Origin: Desulfosudaceae bacterium
Lineage (GTDB): Bacteria > Desulfobacterota > Desulfobacteria > Desulfobacterales > Desulfosudaceae
Reading direction: 5' to 3'
DNA length: 64,000 nucleotides
Assembly (NCBI GenBank): GCA_963674745.2
Contig: CAXXDV010000001.1
Span: 1,568,001-1,632,000 of the forward strand
This document shows positions 60,206 to 64,000 of the stretch, piece after piece. Made by a program: the position numbers and the translations under genes. The stretch's first letter is position 1. Each line of letters opens with the position of its first letter. Under the pieces are notes generated by a model. That model worked only from the letters and a program-made list of their open reading frames with translations, searched no databases and was not told where the DNA came from.

Positions 60206-61603
60206 ATGAGAGACGTTTTTTTTAAAAGTGTTCGCCGTTGTTGGGTATGGCCCTTTTTTGCGGCCATCATTCTTTTTGCAATTGCCCCGCCGTATGTATC
60301 GGCGGCAAAGGCCGCTCAAAAAGAGGTTCAGGCGACGGTCGTAAAAAGCATGGAAGCCGTGTGGACCGGAGAAGCATTCGGACCTGATTTACTGCAAAAA
60401 CAGCAAAAACTGAAAACCATGCTTGACTCGGGCCTTGTAACCAGGGACGAACTTGAAGCGATTATAAAAAAGACGGTTCCCTCCTTGATGAATCATCACG
60501 CAACATCCAGATATTATTTGCAGAAAATGTCCGGGCGCATTGATGCGCTTTTTTCTTCTCACATAAACTGGGAAGAGATTAAAAAGATGGTCTGGAAAGA
60601 GATGGCGTCCGTGGTTAAGGATGGCGACCAGATGGTTTTCAAGGTCGGCACCCTTGCCCCAAAGGGTACGCCCTGGCTGAACGTGCCCGAAAAAATGCTG
60701 ATCCCTGATATGGAAAAACTAAGTGACGGAAAAATCACGCTGAAGCTGTATGGCGGGGGCGTCATGGGGGAAGATGAAGATATTCTGAGAAAAATCGATA
60801 TCGGCCAGCTTGATGTCTGTGGCGCCACAACGCTGGGCATGCTGGCCGCTTCCCCGGAAACCGCCGTGTTCATGCTGCCGGGACTTTTCAAAAACTATAA
60901 AGAAGTCGACTATATATATGAAAAATTCAGAAGACGTATAGACGCCGGCTTTGAAAAAAAAGGCTATATTCTGGCGGCCCTTATCGACACCGGATATTTT
61001 CACTGCTATTCAAAAAACCGGATAGGCAGCCTTGCGGATTTGAGAAGGCAAAAGGTCCTCTCCTGCTGGGGGACGGTTGAAGGCGCCCTGTTTAAGGAAC
61101 TCGGGATCAGCGCCATACCGGTGGCGGTGCCGGAGGTTATGTCGGCACTCAGCTCCGGGCTGGCCAACACCACCCTGGCGCCTGCGGCGTGGATGCTCGG
61201 CATGCAGGCATATCAATACGCCGGATACTATATCACCCCGCCGCTGCTCTATTCACCCGCTGTTGTTATCATGGGGCTCCAGGCGGTAAAAAGGATACAG
61301 CGGCAGTTCGAGTTATCGGATACCCTTACCTACAATATTCAGGAAGTGCTCGTGTTTGAAGTCGGCCTGTTTGAAGGCGCCTGGAGAGACCAGATCAGAA
61401 CTTACGAATCACGGGCCCTGCATGCCTTTGAAACCAGGACCGGCATGGAAGCCGTGACGCTTTCCGCCGAAGATCAGGAAGCGATCGCGCAGGCGGGCTT
61501 AAGGATCAGAAAAGAACTGGCCGGCAAAATTTTTTCCGAGGCGCTCATGAATGACGTGCTCAATGCGCTTGAATCATTCCGGAAGGTTCCGGCACAGCCA
61601 TGA
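60206..61603 (+). CDS. TRAP transporter solute-binding protein (DctP-like) with N-terminal extension
   Basis: KVGTLAPKGTPW, YGGGVMGEDEDILRKIDIGQLD. Confidence 0.85.
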   Translation: MRDVFFKSVRRCWVWPFFAAIILFAIAPPYVSAAKAAQKEVQATVVKSMEAVWTGEAFGPDLLQKQQKLKTMLDSGLVTRDELEAIIKKTVPSLMNHHATSRYYLQKMSGRIDALFSSHINWEEIKKMVWKEMASVVKDGDQMVFKVGTLAPKGTPWLNVPEKMLIPDMEKLSDGKITLKLYGGGVMGEDEDILRKIDIGQLDVCGATTLGMLAASPETAVFMLPGLFKNYKEVDYIYEKFRRRIDAGFEKKGYILAALIDTGYFHCYSKNRIGSLADLRRQKVLSCWGTVEGALFKELGISAIPVAVPEVMSALSSGLANTTLAPAAWMLGMQAYQYAGYYITPPLLYSPAVVIMGLQAVKRIQRQFELSDTLTYNIQEVLVFEVGLFEGAWRDQIRTYESRALHAFETRTGMEAVTLSAEDQEAIAQAGLRIRKELAGKIFSEALMNDVLNALESFRKVPAQP

Positions 61604-61700
61604 AGATCCCCACCCGCACGAACACTGGCATGGTGGCTATTTGAGGAACGTTTCGAAAAAGTGGGCAAGAGGTTGGAAATCAATTTTCCAACCAAATAAA

Positions 61701-61728
61701 AAGGGCTTACGATAACTCGTAAGCCCTT
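61701..61728. terminator. Hairpin between dctP and the tRNA 3' end
   Basis: aagggcttacga-taac-tcgtaagccctt; T run on the minus strand. Confidence 0.65.
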
Positions 61729-61737
61729 GATATAATT

Positions 61738-61813
61738 TGGCTCCCCAGCGCGGACTCGAACCACGGACACGGTGGTTAACAGCCACCTGCTCTGCCGACT
61801 GAGCTACTGGGGA
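61738..61813 (-). tRNA. tRNA-Asn (GTT)
   Basis: tccccagtagctcagtcggcagagcaggtggctGTTaaccaccgtgtccgtggttcgagtccgcgctggggagcca; cloverleaf with encoded CCA. Confidence 0.97.
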
Positions 61814-61902
61814 TCAGTCAATTAACCAGAATTAAATATATAAATTTCACGGCAAAGTCAAGCCAAAACAAAAAATTTTTTATTACAGGCGGTCGGGGAC
61901 GG

Positions 61903-64000
<2,098 letters not shown>

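Noticed and set aside
57400..61813. tRNA-Asn-anchored integrative element
   Set aside because: No integrase, and no convincing duplicate of the tRNA 3' end in the window. The ~10-nt match near 28836 is inside a CDS and is expected by chance.

Overview
Chromosomal window from an anaerobic bacterium, most likely a Desulfobacterales-type deltaproteobacterium (inferred from a stand-alone NiFe CODH, rubredoxin and rubrerythrin-like genes, a split F0 atp operon and GTAG-type REPs). Housekeeping genes include cooS, mutY, cstA, pyrK, atpI/B/E, ktrAB, pgm, a partial uvrA and tRNA-Asn. One intact ISL3 element and several MITE/REP families are present. Most notable: (1) a gene the ORF track breaks into pieces (28055-28963, minus) is one 302-codon frame for a secreted beta-barrel-like protein. 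It has a single in-frame TGA in a U-G-C motif just after the signal peptide, followed by a SECIS-like hairpin. It is a candidate outer-membrane selenoprotein sitting directly upstream of a CDF metal transporter. (2) A type I secretion locus encodes a 2182-aa passenger with an unusual expanded RTX repeat rich in Ala/Ser/Tyr, an embedded TPR-sulfotransferase, and two convergent paralogous U32-like proteins. (3) A VWA + sorting-signal + OmpA fusion looks like a two-part polyprotein. (4) A subtilase/porin cluster carries two degenerate kinase-fold paralogs. (5) A BLUF plus BLUF-EAL blue-light module occurs in an apparent anaerobe. All family assignments are from motif recognition by eye; no database search was run.
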